From: an uncultured Verrucomicrobiae bacterium
Lineage (GTDB): Bacteria; Verrucomicrobiota; Verrucomicrobiia; Limisphaerales; Palsa-1400
Reading direction: 5' to 3'
Length of the DNA stretch: 64,000 bases
Assembly: GCA_963764165.1 (NCBI GenBank)
Contig: CAVXRD010000001.1
Span: 1,408,001-1,472,000 of the forward strand
The number at the start of each line of letters is the position of its first letter. Position 1 is the first letter of the stretch. Positions 7,567 to 18,421 of the stretch are shown piece after piece. The notes under the pieces are model-generated. The model was not told the origin of the DNA. It searched no databases and worked only from the letters and a program-made list of their open reading frames with translations. The position numbers were made by a program, and so were the translations under genes.

Positions 7567-8001
7567 ATGATCTACGCGGATACAAGCTGCCTGCTGCCGA
7601 TTCTCCGCCCCGAACCGTTAAGCGAAAGCGTTTGGGAGGCCATTCAGGAGGAATCCGTGGTCGTAATTTCCTCGCTGGCGCAATTGGAGACAATTGTGCA
7701 ACTGAAAGCGCTTTGGACGGGCGGCAGCCTGACTCGCAACCAATGGCGGCGCGTGGAAGCCCAATTCAGCCTTTTGAGAAATCAGGAGCCCTTCGAGTTT
7801 GGCGCGCTTGGCCACTCGGTTTTCCAAATCGCACTGCGCCAGCACCAGAATTCGGGCGCACTGGATTGTCGTTCGATGGATCGCTTGCATCTTGCCGCCA
7901 TGGAAGAATTGAAAATTTCGCGCCTGATGACACACGATGAAAATCAAGCGAAAGCTGCCATTGAAGCGGGTTTCAAAGTCATCCGCCCGGGTCGCGATTG
8001 A
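7567..8001 (+). CDS. vapC: PIN-domain VapC-type toxin
   Basis: IYADTS, RSMDRLHLAA, LMTHDENQ acidic PIN motifs. Confidence 0.85.
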   Translation: MIYADTSCLLPILRPEPLSESVWEAIQEESVVVISSLAQLETIVQLKALWTGGSLTRNQWRRVEAQFSLLRNQEPFEFGALGHSVFQIALRQHQNSGALDCRSMDRLHLAAMEELKISRLMTHDENQAKAAIEAGFKVIRPGRD

Positions 8002-8121
8002 CCGCCCCGTTCTGCCGCGACTGAACCAAGACACCGGCGCGTCATTCATTTGGAATTCGCGGCGGATCCTTTGCCACCTCCGCTGGAGTGGCTTGGATTC
8101 GATTAGCGGAGGCGGCCCTTT

Positions 8122-9513
8122 TTGTTTGACCAGCGGAAAAGGAAATTTAACACTCGACTCAATTTGGAATCGTTTGCGAAAACCATTCTTTCCCGGCTTT
8201 TTTGCTGGTTGTTTTTGACAGCCGGTTTTTTCGCGTTTCCGATTTTCGGCCAGACAGCCAGGGACGCCCGGGCAAACACTGATCCCATTCTCCTTCGCCC
8301 TGATAATGTATTTGACTCCATTGATGGAAGGACGCACGCGGGCTGGACGGTCCTTGTGGTGAGCAATCGCATTGCGGCGGCTGGAACCGCGGGAGATGTT
8401 TCCGCGCCAACGAACGCTTCCGTGATTGCTTTGCCGGGAATGACGCTGCTGCCGGGATTGATGGATTTGCATTCGCACATTTTTCTCCATCCTTACAATG
8501 AGACGCTGTGGAATGATCAGGTGCTCAAGGAGCCGCTTGCCTATCGCACTGTTGAGGCGGTGGTGCATGCCAAGGCGACGTTGATGGCCGGCTTCACGCT
8601 GCTCCGCGATCTTGGAACGGAGGGCGCGGGCGCATCGGATGTGGCGGTGAAGCGAGCCATTGACGAAGGGCTGATTCCGGGACCTCGTTTGATTTGCGTG
8701 ACGAAAGCGATTGTCGCCACCGCCAGTTACGGGCCGGGGCCGCGTGGATTTGCCGAGGATGTGCATCTGCCGGGCGGGGCACAGGAAGCGTCTGGCATTC
8801 CTGAAGTCATCAAGGCGGTGCGCGAGCAGATTGGCTTGGGGGCGGATTGGATCAAGGTTTACGCCGATTACGGTCGCGGACCAGGCGGGAAACAAATGCC
8901 GACTTTCAGCGTCGAGGAATTGCGCGCGCTCGTGCAGGAGGCGCATTCCGCCGGCCGCCCAGTCGCAGCCCATGCCTCGACTGCCGAGGGGATGGCACGC
9001 GCGGTTGAGGCTGGCGTCGACACCATCGAGCACGGAACGCATGGCAGCGAGGAAGTCTTCGAGCAAATGGCTGCCAAAGGCACCGCCTATCTGCCGACGC
9101 TCACGGCGGTCGAATCCATCGCGGAATACTTTCGAGGCTACAAGCCAGGCAAGAGCGAACCGACGTCGGACATGAAGGACGCAATGCGCGCGTTTCAATT
9201 CGCGTTGAAACATCACGTGACCATTGGCGCGGGCAGCGATGTCGGCGTATTTGCCCACGGCGACAACTATCGCGAATTGGAATGGATGGTGCGCGCTGGA
9301 ATGACGCCCGCGCAAACGCTCATGGCTGCGACCAGCGTCAATGCGAAAATCATCCGCATGGAGGATAAACTCGGCGCCGTCCGCATAGGAATGCTGGCGG
9401 ACTTGATCGCGGTGCCCGGCGATCCCACCACCAACATCGCCGCCTGCCGCGATGTTCAATTCGTGATGAAGGACGGCGTCATTTATAAGAAGCCTGCTAC
9501 CGAGGCGCATTGA
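8122..9513 (+). CDS. Metal-dependent amidohydrolase (secreted; start uncertain)
   Basis: [25 protein letters not shown] motifs. Confidence 0.88.
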   Translation: MFDQRKRKFNTRLNLESFAKTILSRLFCWLFLTAGFFAFPIFGQTARDARANTDPILLRPDNVFDSIDGRTHAGWTVLVVSNRIAAAGTAGDVSAPTNASVIALPGMTLLPGLMDLHSHIFLHPYNETLWNDQVLKEPLAYRTVEAVVHAKATLMAGFTLLRDLGTEGAGASDVAVKRAIDEGLIPGPRLICVTKAIVATASYGPGPRGFAEDVHLPGGAQEASGIPEVIKAVREQIGLGADWIKVYADYGRGPGGKQMPTFSVEELRALVQEAHSAGRPVAAHASTAEGMARAVEAGVDTIEHGTHGSEEVFEQMAAKGTAYLPTLTAVESIAEYFRGYKPGKSEPTSDMKDAMRAFQFALKHHVTIGAGSDVGVFAHGDNYRELEWMVRAGMTPAQTLMAATSVNAKIIRMEDKLGAVRIGMLADLIAVPGDPTTNIAACRDVQFVMKDGVIYKKPATEAH

Positions 9514-11557
9514 GTTGTTGCAGCGCCGCCTGAGCCTCGCGGTAATTCGGATCGATTCGCAGGGCCTGGCGAAAATGATCGGCGGCTTCCGCCTGCTTTC
9601 CAATTTTCATGTAAGTCAGCGCGAGATTGAATTCCGTTCGCGAATCGTTGGGATTTAATTTGAGCGACGCCTCGTAGGAAGGAATCGCTTCGGTGAATTT
9701 GCCCTGTTCCGCGAGTGCGTTCCCCAGCCAGCCGCGAGCATCCGAGTTGGCGGGCTGCAAACGTATAATCTCCCGAAAGGCGCGCTCCGCCTCCGGCATG
9801 CGGCCCTGCGTGCTGTCAATGATGCCAATTTTCACCCATGCATCCACTTTATCCGGATCGAGCTTCACGGTTTGCTCGAATTCTCCCAGTGCCTCCGTCG
9901 CGCGCCCCGCGGACTGCAGCGTGAGAGCCAGATTGAAGTGCGTGAGCGCCGCGCCAGGGTTCATATCGAGCGCCTTGCGGTAGGTGCTCACGGCTTCGTT
10001 GAACAGATTTGAGTCGTGCCGCGCGCTGGCGGTATCGGCCAGGGCGTTGGCCAGATTGAATTCGTAGAGATAATCGCTGTTGATGCGGAGGGCTGTGCGG
10101 TATTGCTCAACGGCTTCGTCGAAACGCTTTTGATCGAGGAACAACGCGCCCAGGTTGTTGTGCGCCGCGGCGTAATTCGGCTCCTCTTCCACCGCGATAG
10201 TGAGATTGGAAATAGCCTCGGTGGTGCGCTGCTGCCGCGAATAGAAATTGCCGAGATTATAACGCGCCATGTAATTATCAGGCGTTGCGTCAATCATGCG
10301 TTTGAACAGTGCCTCGCTGTCCTTCCAATAAAACTCCTGGTGGACCGTCAACCCGGCGAGCACAACCAATGCAGCAACGGAAAGCCCGGGGGCAAACCGG
10401 GTCGCGCTCCCACGCTCAAGAACCTCAAATCCGCCCCAGACCAGAATGACGAACAACCCGGTGAATGGAACATAAGTGTAGCGATCCGCCATCGCCTGCA
10501 TGCCGACCTGCACGAACCCGGCCACCGGCACCAGAGTCCCCGCGTACCATAGCCAACCCACCGTCAGCCACGGGCGCTGACGCCATTGCGTCAATACGAC
10601 GCCTGTAATGGCCAGCAGCACCAGCGCTGAGATGGAAACAATCCAAACTGGCCATTCCCCGTGGCGCAAATACAGCGCGGCCAGATCGTGCGGCCAGAAC
10701 ATTTTCTCGATGTAGCGTAGATACGAAACGAGCGAATTTCCAATCCTCGAACCGAGCGAAAACGATTCCAATCCGAGCACAGCCCCGCCTTCCTTTTGTA
10801 TGCGAAACGTGATGACACACAACGCCGCGCTCAAGATGAGGAACGGAACTTTCTCCAACACCAATTTTGGAATTGCGGCAAGTGACGCCATTCGTTTCAG
10901 CGGCCAAAAATCCAACAGCAGCAGCGTAAACGGAAGAGTGACCAGCATCGGCTTCGACATCAGCCCCAGCGCGCACAACACGAGACTCAGCCCATAAAAC
11001 CAGCCGCGTTTCGGTCCACCCATCGCGTAGCGCCCATACGCGAGCGCGGTCAGGAACCAAAAAAGCGTGCTCAACACGTCCTTGCGCTCCGACACCCAAG
11101 CCACCGATTCCACATGCATTGGATGCAGCGCGAAAAGCGCGGCAACGGTGGCGCTGCGCCAAATCGCGCCAGTCAGTCGGGAAAGCAGCATGAACAGAAG
11201 CGCCGTGTTGGTGGCGTGAAGCAGCGCGTTCACAAGATGCGGCCACCACGGTTGCAGCTTGAACAGCCAGCAGTCAAACATATGGCTGAACATCGTGACC
11301 GGATGCCAATTGCGGGCGACTTCGCTTGTCCACGCCCACATAAAGCCTTTCGTGGTAAAACCAGCCTGGACAATCGGATTGGCGGTCACAAAGTCCGTGT
11401 CGTCGTAATTGACGAATTGAAACGTCGTGACCGGCGCGTAGACAACGGCGGTGATCACGAACAGCGCAACGGCGATCCAGCGAGTCGATGGGTTTGGAGC
11501 GGTTAACGGCGCGGACTCCGGCGCTGGTTTGGCTGAGATTTTTTTCTTCGCTGTCAT
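9497..11557 (-). CDS. Membrane TPR protein, TMTC/GT-C glycosyltransferase-like
   Basis: [29 protein letters not shown], many TM helices, C-terminal TPRs. Confidence 0.85.
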   Translation of the reverse strand: MTAKKKISAKPAPESAPLTAPNPSTRWIAVALFVITAVVYAPVTTFQFVNYDDTDFVTANPIVQAGFTTKGFMWAWTSEVARNWHPVTMFSHMFDCWLFKLQPWWPHLVNALLHATNTALLFMLLSRLTGAIWRSATVAALFALHPMHVESVAWVSERKDVLSTLFWFLTALAYGRYAMGGPKRGWFYGLSLVLCALGLMSKPMLVTLPFTLLLLDFWPLKRMASLAAIPKLVLEKVPFLILSAALCVITFRIQKEGGAVLGLESFSLGSRIGNSLVSYLRYIEKMFWPHDLAALYLRHGEWPVWIVSISALVLLAITGVVLTQWRQRPWLTVGWLWYAGTLVPVAGFVQVGMQAMADRYTYVPFTGLFVILVWGGFEVLERGSATRFAPGLSVAALVVLAGLTVHQEFYWKDSEALFKRMIDATPDNYMARYNLGNFYSRQQRTTEAISNLTIAVEEEPNYAAAHNNLGALFLDQKRFDEAVEQYRTALRINSDYLYEFNLANALADTASARHDSNLFNEAVSTYRKALDMNPGAALTHFNLALTLQSAGRATEALGEFEQTVKLDPDKVDAWVKIGIIDSTQGRMPEAERAFREIIRLQPANSDARGWLGNALAEQGKFTEAIPSYEASLKLNPNDSRTEFNLALTYMKIGKQAEAADHFRQALRIDPNYREAQAALQQLNAPR

Positions 11558-12351
11558 TTGGCGCCGAAAAGCCGCACGAAATTCGCTTCAACCTGTTCCG
11601 CCAATTTCTCCAACGGCACGCTCAGCCACTCGGAGGCAAATTCATAAACCGACCTGATATTCGCCGGGTGATTCAATGGCTTCCCCTCGGCGTCAATCAA
11701 ATGGTAACCGTCTCGTCCGGCTGGGAGCAATTGGTCCGGGGCATCCGTCTCGATCAGCAGGCGATCCAGCGGGATATGGCGGAAAGTTTCGCGCTGCTTG
11801 AGTTTTCGTTCGTGGGCGAAATAGCCGGGCAGCGAAAAGTAAGCGCCCAATTTCACAAATCCCGGCACAAGCTCCTGCGCCCCGCCGTATGAATGCAGGA
11901 CAAAACCGCGCGCGGGACGCGGCTCGCGCTTTAATATTTCCGTCAGCGGCCCCCACGCCTTCAGGCAATGAATGCTGGCCGGCAGATTCCGCTCCGCCGC
12001 CAGGCGAAGCTGCCACACGAACATCTCCTCTTGCAGCGGCCAATCAAATTCTTCCCGCCAGCGGTCCAGCCCAATCTCTCCGACCGCCGACGGAACGCTG
12101 TCAATCAAACGCACAAGCTCCTCTTTCCAGTGCAGTGAGTGTTCTTTTACATACCACGGATGGTAACCGAAGGAGGGAAGCACTTCGGGGAATTGCCGGG
12201 CCAGCGACAGCACATCCGGCCAATCTTCCTCGCACGCGCCGTTGACGACCATCCGCGCCACTTGCTCCGAGCGGGCCGCCGCCATTAGCTCAGCCGCGCC
12301 CGGCTTGAGGCGCTCGTCCTGCAAATGGTTATGGGCGTCGTAGAATTTCAT
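11554..12351 (-). CDS. tatD: TatD-family nuclease
   Basis: DAHNH, GEIGLD, IH, LHS, ETDAPD; ATG at 12351 overlaps sufE stop. Confidence 0.88.
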   Translation of the reverse strand: MKFYDAHNHLQDERLKPGAAELMAAARSEQVARMVVNGACEEDWPDVLSLARQFPEVLPSFGYHPWYVKEHSLHWKEELVRLIDSVPSAVGEIGLDRWREEFDWPLQEEMFVWQLRLAAERNLPASIHCLKAWGPLTEILKREPRPARGFVLHSYGGAQELVPGFVKLGAYFSLPGYFAHERKLKQRETFRHIPLDRLLIETDAPDQLLPAGRDGYHLIDAEGKPLNHPANIRSVYEFASEWLSVPLEKLAEQVEANFVRLFGAK

Positions 12352-12764
12352 GTTGACGCGTGCGCTTCCGCGAACTTGCGCATGCTTTGCCAGATCGCGC
12401 CCAGGCTGTTGCGGCGGTTTGGCGTAAGGTGCTGCGTGATGCCGAGTTTTTCCAGGAACGCCGGACTGGTCTCGATGATTTCCCGCGGCGTTTGCCCGTT
12501 GTAGAATTCGCAAAGCAACGCTGCGATGCCTCTGATGATGGCGGAATCGGAGTCGGCCTGAAAATGGCAGCAGCCATCCTTCCACTCGGAGACGAACCAT
12601 ACGTTCGCAAGGCAGCCTTCGACGCGGTACGCCTCGGCGCGAAATTTCGCCGCAAGCGGTTCTGCGGCGCGGCCGATGCGGACGGCATAGGCGAGGCGAT
12701 CCTGCGGCGTCTTGAACGCCCCGAGCGTCTCCGTCAATCGTCGCTGTTTCTCCGCGATGGTCAC
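12348..12764 (-). CDS. sufE: SufE-family Fe-S assembly protein
   Basis: VEGCLANVW, ADSDSAIIRG, LTPNRRN motifs. Confidence 0.9.
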   Translation of the reverse strand: MTIAEKQRRLTETLGAFKTPQDRLAYAVRIGRAAEPLAAKFRAEAYRVEGCLANVWFVSEWKDGCCHFQADSDSAIIRGIAALLCEFYNGQTPREIIETSPAFLEKLGITQHLTPNRRNSLGAIWQSMRKFAEAHAST

Positions 12765-13957
12765 TTCACATCAACGTAGTGGGGCGAGGAATTCAGCTCC
12801 AAAGATTTTTCCTCGAATTTGACCGTATGCGCTTCGCCCAGCGTCCACGCCGCCGCTTTTCGCGCGCCCGACGCATTGGCAAAAATGAGCACATAATCGT
12901 TCTCGCTGAATCCCTCCGCGCGCTTCTCGAAATGAAATCCCTTGAGCGCCGCCACCATTCGCTTTAACGCCACGTAAGCGGGCTTCGGTTCGAGGTTATC
13001 CGTCACCGTCCCAAAATTTTGCTCGCCGTCCGCCGGATCTTTCCCGTCGTTTTTCCAGTCATACCAAATCGAAAGTGGGATGCCATTGAGCAAGTTGGAA
13101 AGCTGCTGGCGCACCGCGAAGTCCGCCTGCGTTTGCAACGTGACGCCCTTGGTGTTGGAGGCATAGCCCCATTCTCCGCTCAAGATTGGGATTTTCCCGC
13201 GCTTCGCTGGCGGCGCGAATGTGTCGATCATTTCGCGCAATTTCTTGTAATCGGCGGCGGCGGTTTCCGGCGGAACATTCGGCGCGCGATACGGATGAAC
13301 GCTCACACCGTCCAGGTATTCCAGCACCCCCGATTTGAGAAACACCTCCATGTAATTCCAATCGAACCCGGCCATCGCAGGCGCGACAATTGTGGCGTCC
13401 GGCTCTGCCTCGCGAATGGCTTTGGCGGTCGCGAGCGCCATCGTGGTGTATTCCTCCGCATTGGGTTTGGGCCTCCAGAAATCGCCGTTGGGCTCGTTGT
13501 AGATTTCCCAGATGATGTGGCGGCCTTTGTAATGCCGCGCCGCCTCCGCCGACCAATGCGCAAACGCGGCCACGCTCTCCGCATGCCGCGGCGAGGCAAC
13601 GTGCTTTTCGGGGACCGGCTCGCCCACCGCGCGCTTGGCGTCGACTACAGGCTCGTACAATTCATTGACGTAGTCGAGGATGTAAATGGGGCGGATGCCT
13701 CGCTGGTCGAGATTCCGAGTCAACTCATCGTAATATTGCCAAAAGTAAATCCCGTTTTTCTTTTCGGTATCCTGCCAGCTAAAATCCATGCGGATGAATT
13801 TGAACCCGGCCTCGGCGATCAAGTTCAGGTCGCGCGTGCGACCGGTCACAAAATGAATATTGACGCCGACCCCAGCCGGTATGGTTGCCGGGGGAATTTG
13901 CGCGCTCACGGCGGCCGGCAGAAGGCCGAGTCCCAAAAGAACTGTAGACAGCTTCAT
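12761..13957 (-). CDS. Secreted clan-A glycoside hydrolase (GH5/GH39-like)
   Basis: Signal peptide, WEIYNEPN, SVHPY, ILSGEWG. Confidence 0.82.
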   Translation of the reverse strand: MKLSTVLLGLGLLPAAVSAQIPPATIPAGVGVNIHFVTGRTRDLNLIAEAGFKFIRMDFSWQDTEKKNGIYFWQYYDELTRNLDQRGIRPIYILDYVNELYEPVVDAKRAVGEPVPEKHVASPRHAESVAAFAHWSAEAARHYKGRHIIWEIYNEPNGDFWRPKPNAEEYTTMALATAKAIREAEPDATIVAPAMAGFDWNYMEVFLKSGVLEYLDGVSVHPYRAPNVPPETAAADYKKLREMIDTFAPPAKRGKIPILSGEWGYASNTKGVTLQTQADFAVRQQLSNLLNGIPLSIWYDWKNDGKDPADGEQNFGTVTDNLEPKPAYVALKRMVAALKGFHFEKRAEGFSENDYVLIFANASGARKAAAWTLGEAHTVKFEEKSLELNSSPHYVDVK

Positions 13958-14070
13958 GGGAAAATAATGCAGCAACGCAGCCTGACGGCGCAATCGAAAG
14001 CCGATCTTCCAACGGGAGGTACGGGACGAAGAATGGGACTAATAAACAAGCGCAACCCGCCAAGGTGTTT

Positions 14071-15105
14071 CTAATACGCGCCCGCGCGCAACGCGGATTC
14101 AAGCTGCCGCAAATCTTTAGGCAATTCCGCCTGCCAGGAGAGGAGCTCGCCGGGGCGTTGGGGATGCTCCAGTGTGAGCGATTCAGCGTGGAGCGCCTGG
14201 CGGTCGAATGGAATGGCGGGCGCGGGGCCGACTTCAAGCCCGCGCGGCATCTCGCGGTAATGGGCGTTATATGTCCGGTCTCCGATCAAGGGGACGCCGT
14301 GACTTGCGGCCTGGGCGCGGATTTGGTGCTTTAGGCCAGTTTCAATGCTCAACCGCAATTTTGTAACGAAGCCGCCTTTATGCTTAAGCCGATACTCGTC
14401 GGCGACTTCGTAATGCGTCACCGCTTCCTGTGCCTCGGCATAGGCTTCCTCGTCCTCGGGGATAATCACGAGCTGGCGCAATTCGTCGACGGTCAGTTTT
14501 AGGCGGTCGCGCCATTCGCCTTTCGCCTCGGGCAACTGGCCTTCCACGAAGGCGAGATATTCACGCTTCATGGTGTGAGCCCGGACTTGCTCGATCAAAT
14601 GGCTGCGGGCGATCGGATGGAGCGCCATGCAAAAAACGCCGCTGGTATATTGATCAAGCCGATGGACGGGCAGCGGATCCAATTGACGATAAGCGGGCGG
14701 CAAGGTTTTTCCGGCGTCGCCGTGCTCGAGTGCCTTCATGCGACCCGCCAGGAAATCCGCCAGAATGCTGAGTGCGGAAAGATCTTCGCCGCCGCCCGGC
14801 ACGGAAATCAGCCCCGGTCCTTTGTTCACAATCGCCAGCGCGGAATCCAGATACAGCAACGAGACGCGCGGATGAATCTGCCAGCCAGCCCCGCAGTCCA
14901 GCGTGGTGGCATGGCGGTCCAGCAATCGCAGGTCGCCCGCCGGATCGGGCATCAACTGGTGCGGCTTGCGCACAATCGTGCCGCCGACACTGACGCGGCC
15001 AGCCGTGATCCATTGCTTGGCCCGCGTCTTGGGCGTGCCCGGATACTTGCGCAAGAGCCAATGCAACAACGGCTGCGCTTCTTTCTGTGGCTGCCCCTCA
15101 TTCAT
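14071..15105 (-). CDS. RluA-family pseudouridine synthase with S4-like N-terminus
   Basis: VHRLDQYTSG, ETGLKHQIR, GDRTY, RQALHA. Confidence 0.9.
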   Translation of the reverse strand: MNEGQPQKEAQPLLHWLLRKYPGTPKTRAKQWITAGRVSVGGTIVRKPHQLMPDPAGDLRLLDRHATTLDCGAGWQIHPRVSLLYLDSALAIVNKGPGLISVPGGGEDLSALSILADFLAGRMKALEHGDAGKTLPPAYRQLDPLPVHRLDQYTSGVFCMALHPIARSHLIEQVRAHTMKREYLAFVEGQLPEAKGEWRDRLKLTVDELRQLVIIPEDEEAYAEAQEAVTHYEVADEYRLKHKGGFVTKLRLSIETGLKHQIRAQAASHGVPLIGDRTYNAHYREMPRGLEVGPAPAIPFDRQALHAESLTLEHPQRPGELLSWQAELPKDLRQLESALRAGAY

Positions 15106-15196
15106 TCCGAAAGCATGGACTGAAAACCGGGGTGTTACAGGAAAAAACTTCGAGCTATTGACACCAGAGCCGATTTCCGCTTTTGTCGTTTGACTG

Positions 15197-16525
15197 TTGA
15201 AAAAGAAATTATTCCAACCGCTTGACGGTTCGGTGACTGCGCCCAAAGGGTTTGCGGCGGCGGGCGTTTTTTGTGACATCAAACGGCTCGGCACCGGCAA
15301 AGGCTCCAACAAAGGCCAAAAGCGCGATCTCGCCCTGCTGGTTTCCGATGCGCCCGCGACCGTCGCCGGCGTTTTCACAACTAATCAAGTTTGCGCCGCC
15401 CCGGTGAAACTTTGCGTGGAACGCGTCTCGCGCGGAGCCGCCCGCGCGGTGGTTATCAATTCCGGCAACGCCAACGCGTGCACCGGGCGCCAGGGTTTGC
15501 TGGACGCGGAAAAAATGGCGAAGCTTGCAGGCGGAGCGCTGAAAATCCCGGCGGCGGAAGTGTTCGTGGCTTCGACCGGGCGTATTGGCGTAACGATGCC
15601 AATGGCGAACGTCGCCAAAGGGATTGAAGCAGCGGCGAAACTTGTCGACGCATCGCGGGAAAGCAGCGGCCACGCGGCGGAAGCTATCATGACCAGCGAC
15701 ACCAAGCCGAAGGAAGTTGCGGTGGAATTCGCGATCGGCGGCAAAACCGTTCGGATCGGCGGGATGTGCAAAGGGGCGGGAATGATTCAGCCCGGCATGA
15801 GCCCGACCGGGGCCCGTCCGCCATTGCGCGCGCTGCACGCGACGATGCTCTGTTTTCTGACCACTGATGCCGCCATTGACGCTAAAACTTTGCAGTCGGC
15901 CTTGAATGACGCGGTGGCAAAAAGTTTCAATCGCATCACGGTGGACGGCGACATGAGCACCAACGATACCGTGCTCATCCTCGCCAACGGGCGGTCCGGG
16001 ATCGCGCCTTTGACGCCGCGCTCGCCCGCATTCAAGACGTTCCAAGCCGCGCTCGATGAGGTGACGCTGGCATTGGCGCAAAAAATTGTGCTTGACGGCG
16101 AGGGCGTGTCGCGGTTTGTCACGGTGAGGGTCGAAGGCGCGCGCACGGCGGCGGAGGCGGACATTGCGGCGCGTTCGGTGGCCAACAGCTCGCTCGTTAA
16201 AACAAGCTGGTGCGGCGGCGATCCGAATTGGGGGCGCATCCTTTGCGCGCTCGGTTATTCCCAGGCGAACATTGTGGAGAGCAAGGTTGATGTGGGTTAC
16301 AGTCTGCCGGGCAGCCGGAAAATTTTGTATTCGCTCAAGCGCGGCAAACCGACCACCGTTGCCTTCAAATCGCTTTGCGAAATCACCACCGCGAGCGCGT
16401 TTGATTTGCACATTCGGTTGAACAACGGCCCGGCCAGCGCGCTGATGTATTCCTCGGATTTGACGGAGGCCTATGTCGATTTCAACAAGGGCGACGTCAC
16501 CGATCCGACAACTCTCGGGGGCTGA
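15197..16525 (+). CDS. argJ: Bifunctional ornithine acetyltransferase
   Basis: NSGNANACTG, KGAGMI, ATML cleavage motif, DGDMSTND, DPNWGR. Confidence 0.95.
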   Translation: MKKKLFQPLDGSVTAPKGFAAAGVFCDIKRLGTGKGSNKGQKRDLALLVSDAPATVAGVFTTNQVCAAPVKLCVERVSRGAARAVVINSGNANACTGRQGLLDAEKMAKLAGGALKIPAAEVFVASTGRIGVTMPMANVAKGIEAAAKLVDASRESSGHAAEAIMTSDTKPKEVAVEFAIGGKTVRIGGMCKGAGMIQPGMSPTGARPPLRALHATMLCFLTTDAAIDAKTLQSALNDAVAKSFNRITVDGDMSTNDTVLILANGRSGIAPLTPRSPAFKTFQAALDEVTLALAQKIVLDGEGVSRFVTVRVEGARTAAEADIAARSVANSSLVKTSWCGGDPNWGRILCALGYSQANIVESKVDVGYSLPGSRKILYSLKRGKPTTVAFKSLCEITTASAFDLHIRLNNGPASALMYSSDLTEAYVDFNKGDVTDPTTLGG

Positions 16526-16526
16526 T

Positions 16527-17081
16527 ATGTTTCGGACGCGCGTTGCAGGCGAGACGGAGCTGGGGCTTATCGAGCATCGGCACGCCCGCGAACTTTTTGC
16601 GCTGATTGAGGCGAATCGCGCCTACCTTCGCCCATGGATGAATTGGGTCGACCAGCGGCGCAACCAGACGGAAGCCGCCAATTACATCGCCAACTGCATG
16701 AAGCAATTCGCGCTCGGCCAGGGTTTTTACATGGGGCTGTGGCACGCGAACAAACTCGGCGGCATGATCAACCTCAGCCCCATTGATGCCTTGAGCCGCG
16801 CGACACCCATCGAATATTGGATGGCCGAGAATCTTCAAGGCAAAGGCATCATGACGGCGAGTTGCGGGGTGGCGATGGATTTCGCGTTCGATACGCTGGG
16901 GCTGCATCGCCTGACCATTCGTTGCGCGGAGGAAAACAAACGGAGCCGGGGAGTGGCGGAACGTTTGGGCTTTTCCTTCGAGGGAATCTCGCGCGATGCC
17001 GAATGGCTGCACGATCATTTCGTCAGCCACGCCGTTTACGGCTTTTTGCGCGGGGACAAAAAGCCCGTCACATCCCCATAA
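16527..17081 (+). CDS. RimJ/RimL-family GNAT acetyltransferase
   Basis: YW...QGKGIMT, NKRSRGVAERLGFSFEG. Confidence 0.88.
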   Translation: MFRTRVAGETELGLIEHRHARELFALIEANRAYLRPWMNWVDQRRNQTEAANYIANCMKQFALGQGFYMGLWHANKLGGMINLSPIDALSRATPIEYWMAENLQGKGIMTASCGVAMDFAFDTLGLHRLTIRCAEENKRSRGVAERLGFSFEGISRDAEWLHDHFVSHAVYGFLRGDKKPVTSP

Positions 17082-17838
17082 TTTCGTAGCCGCAATCCAC
17101 GTAGAGAACCTGGCCCGTCATGGCGGCCGCGCCGTCGCTGGCCAGAAACGCCCCGGTCGCGCCCAATTCGTCGGGCAAAACATTTCGTTTCAGGGGCGAG
17201 TGCGCTTCGTAGTGCTTGAGCATGTCGGTGAAACCGGCAATGCCGCGGGCGGCCAGGGTGTTGACCGGCCCGGCGCTGATGCAGTTGACGCGAATTTTCT
17301 TCGCTCCGAGCTCGCTCGCCAAATAGCGCGTGCTGGCTTCCAGCGAAGCCTTGGCCACACCCATGACGTTGTAATGCGGGACAACTTTCTGCGACCCGTA
17401 ATAGGTCATCGCCAAAATGCTGCCGCCTTCGGTCATCAATGGCTCGGCGCCGCGAGCCAGCGCCACCAGCGAATAGGCGCTGACATCATGCGCCACGCGA
17501 AACGCTTCTCGGGTGGTATTGAGAAACGTTCCCTCCAGCGCCTCGCGCGGCGCGAACGCCACCGAGTGGAGGAGCAAATGCATTTTCCCGAACTTTTCCC
17601 GCATTGATTCCATCACACGGGCGATGTCTTCGTCGCGGGTGACATCGCAAGGCATCAAAAGTGTGTCCGGGCCGAAGGTGCCGGCGAGTTCCTCCACGTT
17701 TTCCTTGAGGCGCTCGCCCTGGTAAGTGAAAGCAAGCGTGGCGCCCTCCTTGTGCCAGGCCTGGGCAATAGCCCACGCGATGGAACGTTTATTGGCGACG
17801 CCTACGACTAATCCGATTTTTCCAGCTAACATTGACAT
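17068..17838 (-). CDS. fabI: Enoyl-ACP reductase
   Basis: GVANKRSIAW, YNVMGVAKASLE, ISAGPVNTLAA. Confidence 0.95.
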   Translation of the reverse strand: MSMLAGKIGLVVGVANKRSIAWAIAQAWHKEGATLAFTYQGERLKENVEELAGTFGPDTLLMPCDVTRDEDIARVMESMREKFGKMHLLLHSVAFAPREALEGTFLNTTREAFRVAHDVSAYSLVALARGAEPLMTEGGSILAMTYYGSQKVVPHYNVMGVAKASLEASTRYLASELGAKKIRVNCISAGPVNTLAARGIAGFTDMLKHYEAHSPLKRNVLPDELGATGAFLASDGAAAMTGQVLYVDCGYEIMGM

Positions 17839-17896
17839 GGCGCGGGCAATAAGAATCCAGTTTACCGCCAAGTCAAAGAAAAATATGAAACCGCGG

Positions 17897-18130
17897 TTAA
17901 TGGATGCTGTCCATCGAGAGCCGCCGGTCCGGCGTGTTTCCATCGAAACGGACGATGAGTTCGACGTTTCGAAAACCGCGGCCCAGGCAAGTATTGACGG
18001 CGTTTAGGATATTGGGGAAGCGCAGCGCCTCCTCCGCCTTTTTAACCCAGCGGCCCGCCGGGCTCAAAAATTTATTCAAAGAGACGTGCCTCACTACGAA
18101 GCTGCTCGGTGATGGATTGTCTTTTTGCAT
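17897..18130 (-). CDS. Small hypothetical protein (77 aa)
   Basis: Fills the intergenic space co-oriented with fabI; protein-like composition. Confidence 0.5.
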   Translation of the reverse strand: MQKDNPSPSSFVVRHVSLNKFLSPAGRWVKKAEEALRFPNILNAVNTCLGRGFRNVELIVRFDGNTPDRRLSMDSIH

Positions 18131-18421
18131 ATGTCGAAACTACACCGCCGAAAACATTTGCCAATCGGGGGAAACCCGCGATGCGACGCAGGGAACGCGG
18201 CAAATGTCGTTGAGTTTCGCTAATTCACGGCGGGCGCCAAGCATAATTCAACAGTTTTGCTTTGCGCGCCCGCTTAAAAGCGGATGCGTGACACCAAGCC
18301 CGCGACACAGTGCGCTCCGATCAATTTCTTGCGCGCACCATCCATTGGTAATCACACCCTTTGGTTCGCTCTGGCCACATCCGGCATCGCAATTTCCGCT
18401 CCGCCCATTATCTTTCGGGGA

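Noticed and set aside
8010..8120. tmRNA-like TGGATTCGA and hairpins
   Set aside because: No tRNA-like ends or tag frame; likely generic palindromes.
7618..9603. 661-aa antisense ORF
   Set aside because: Shadow of the amidohydrolase in GC-rich DNA.
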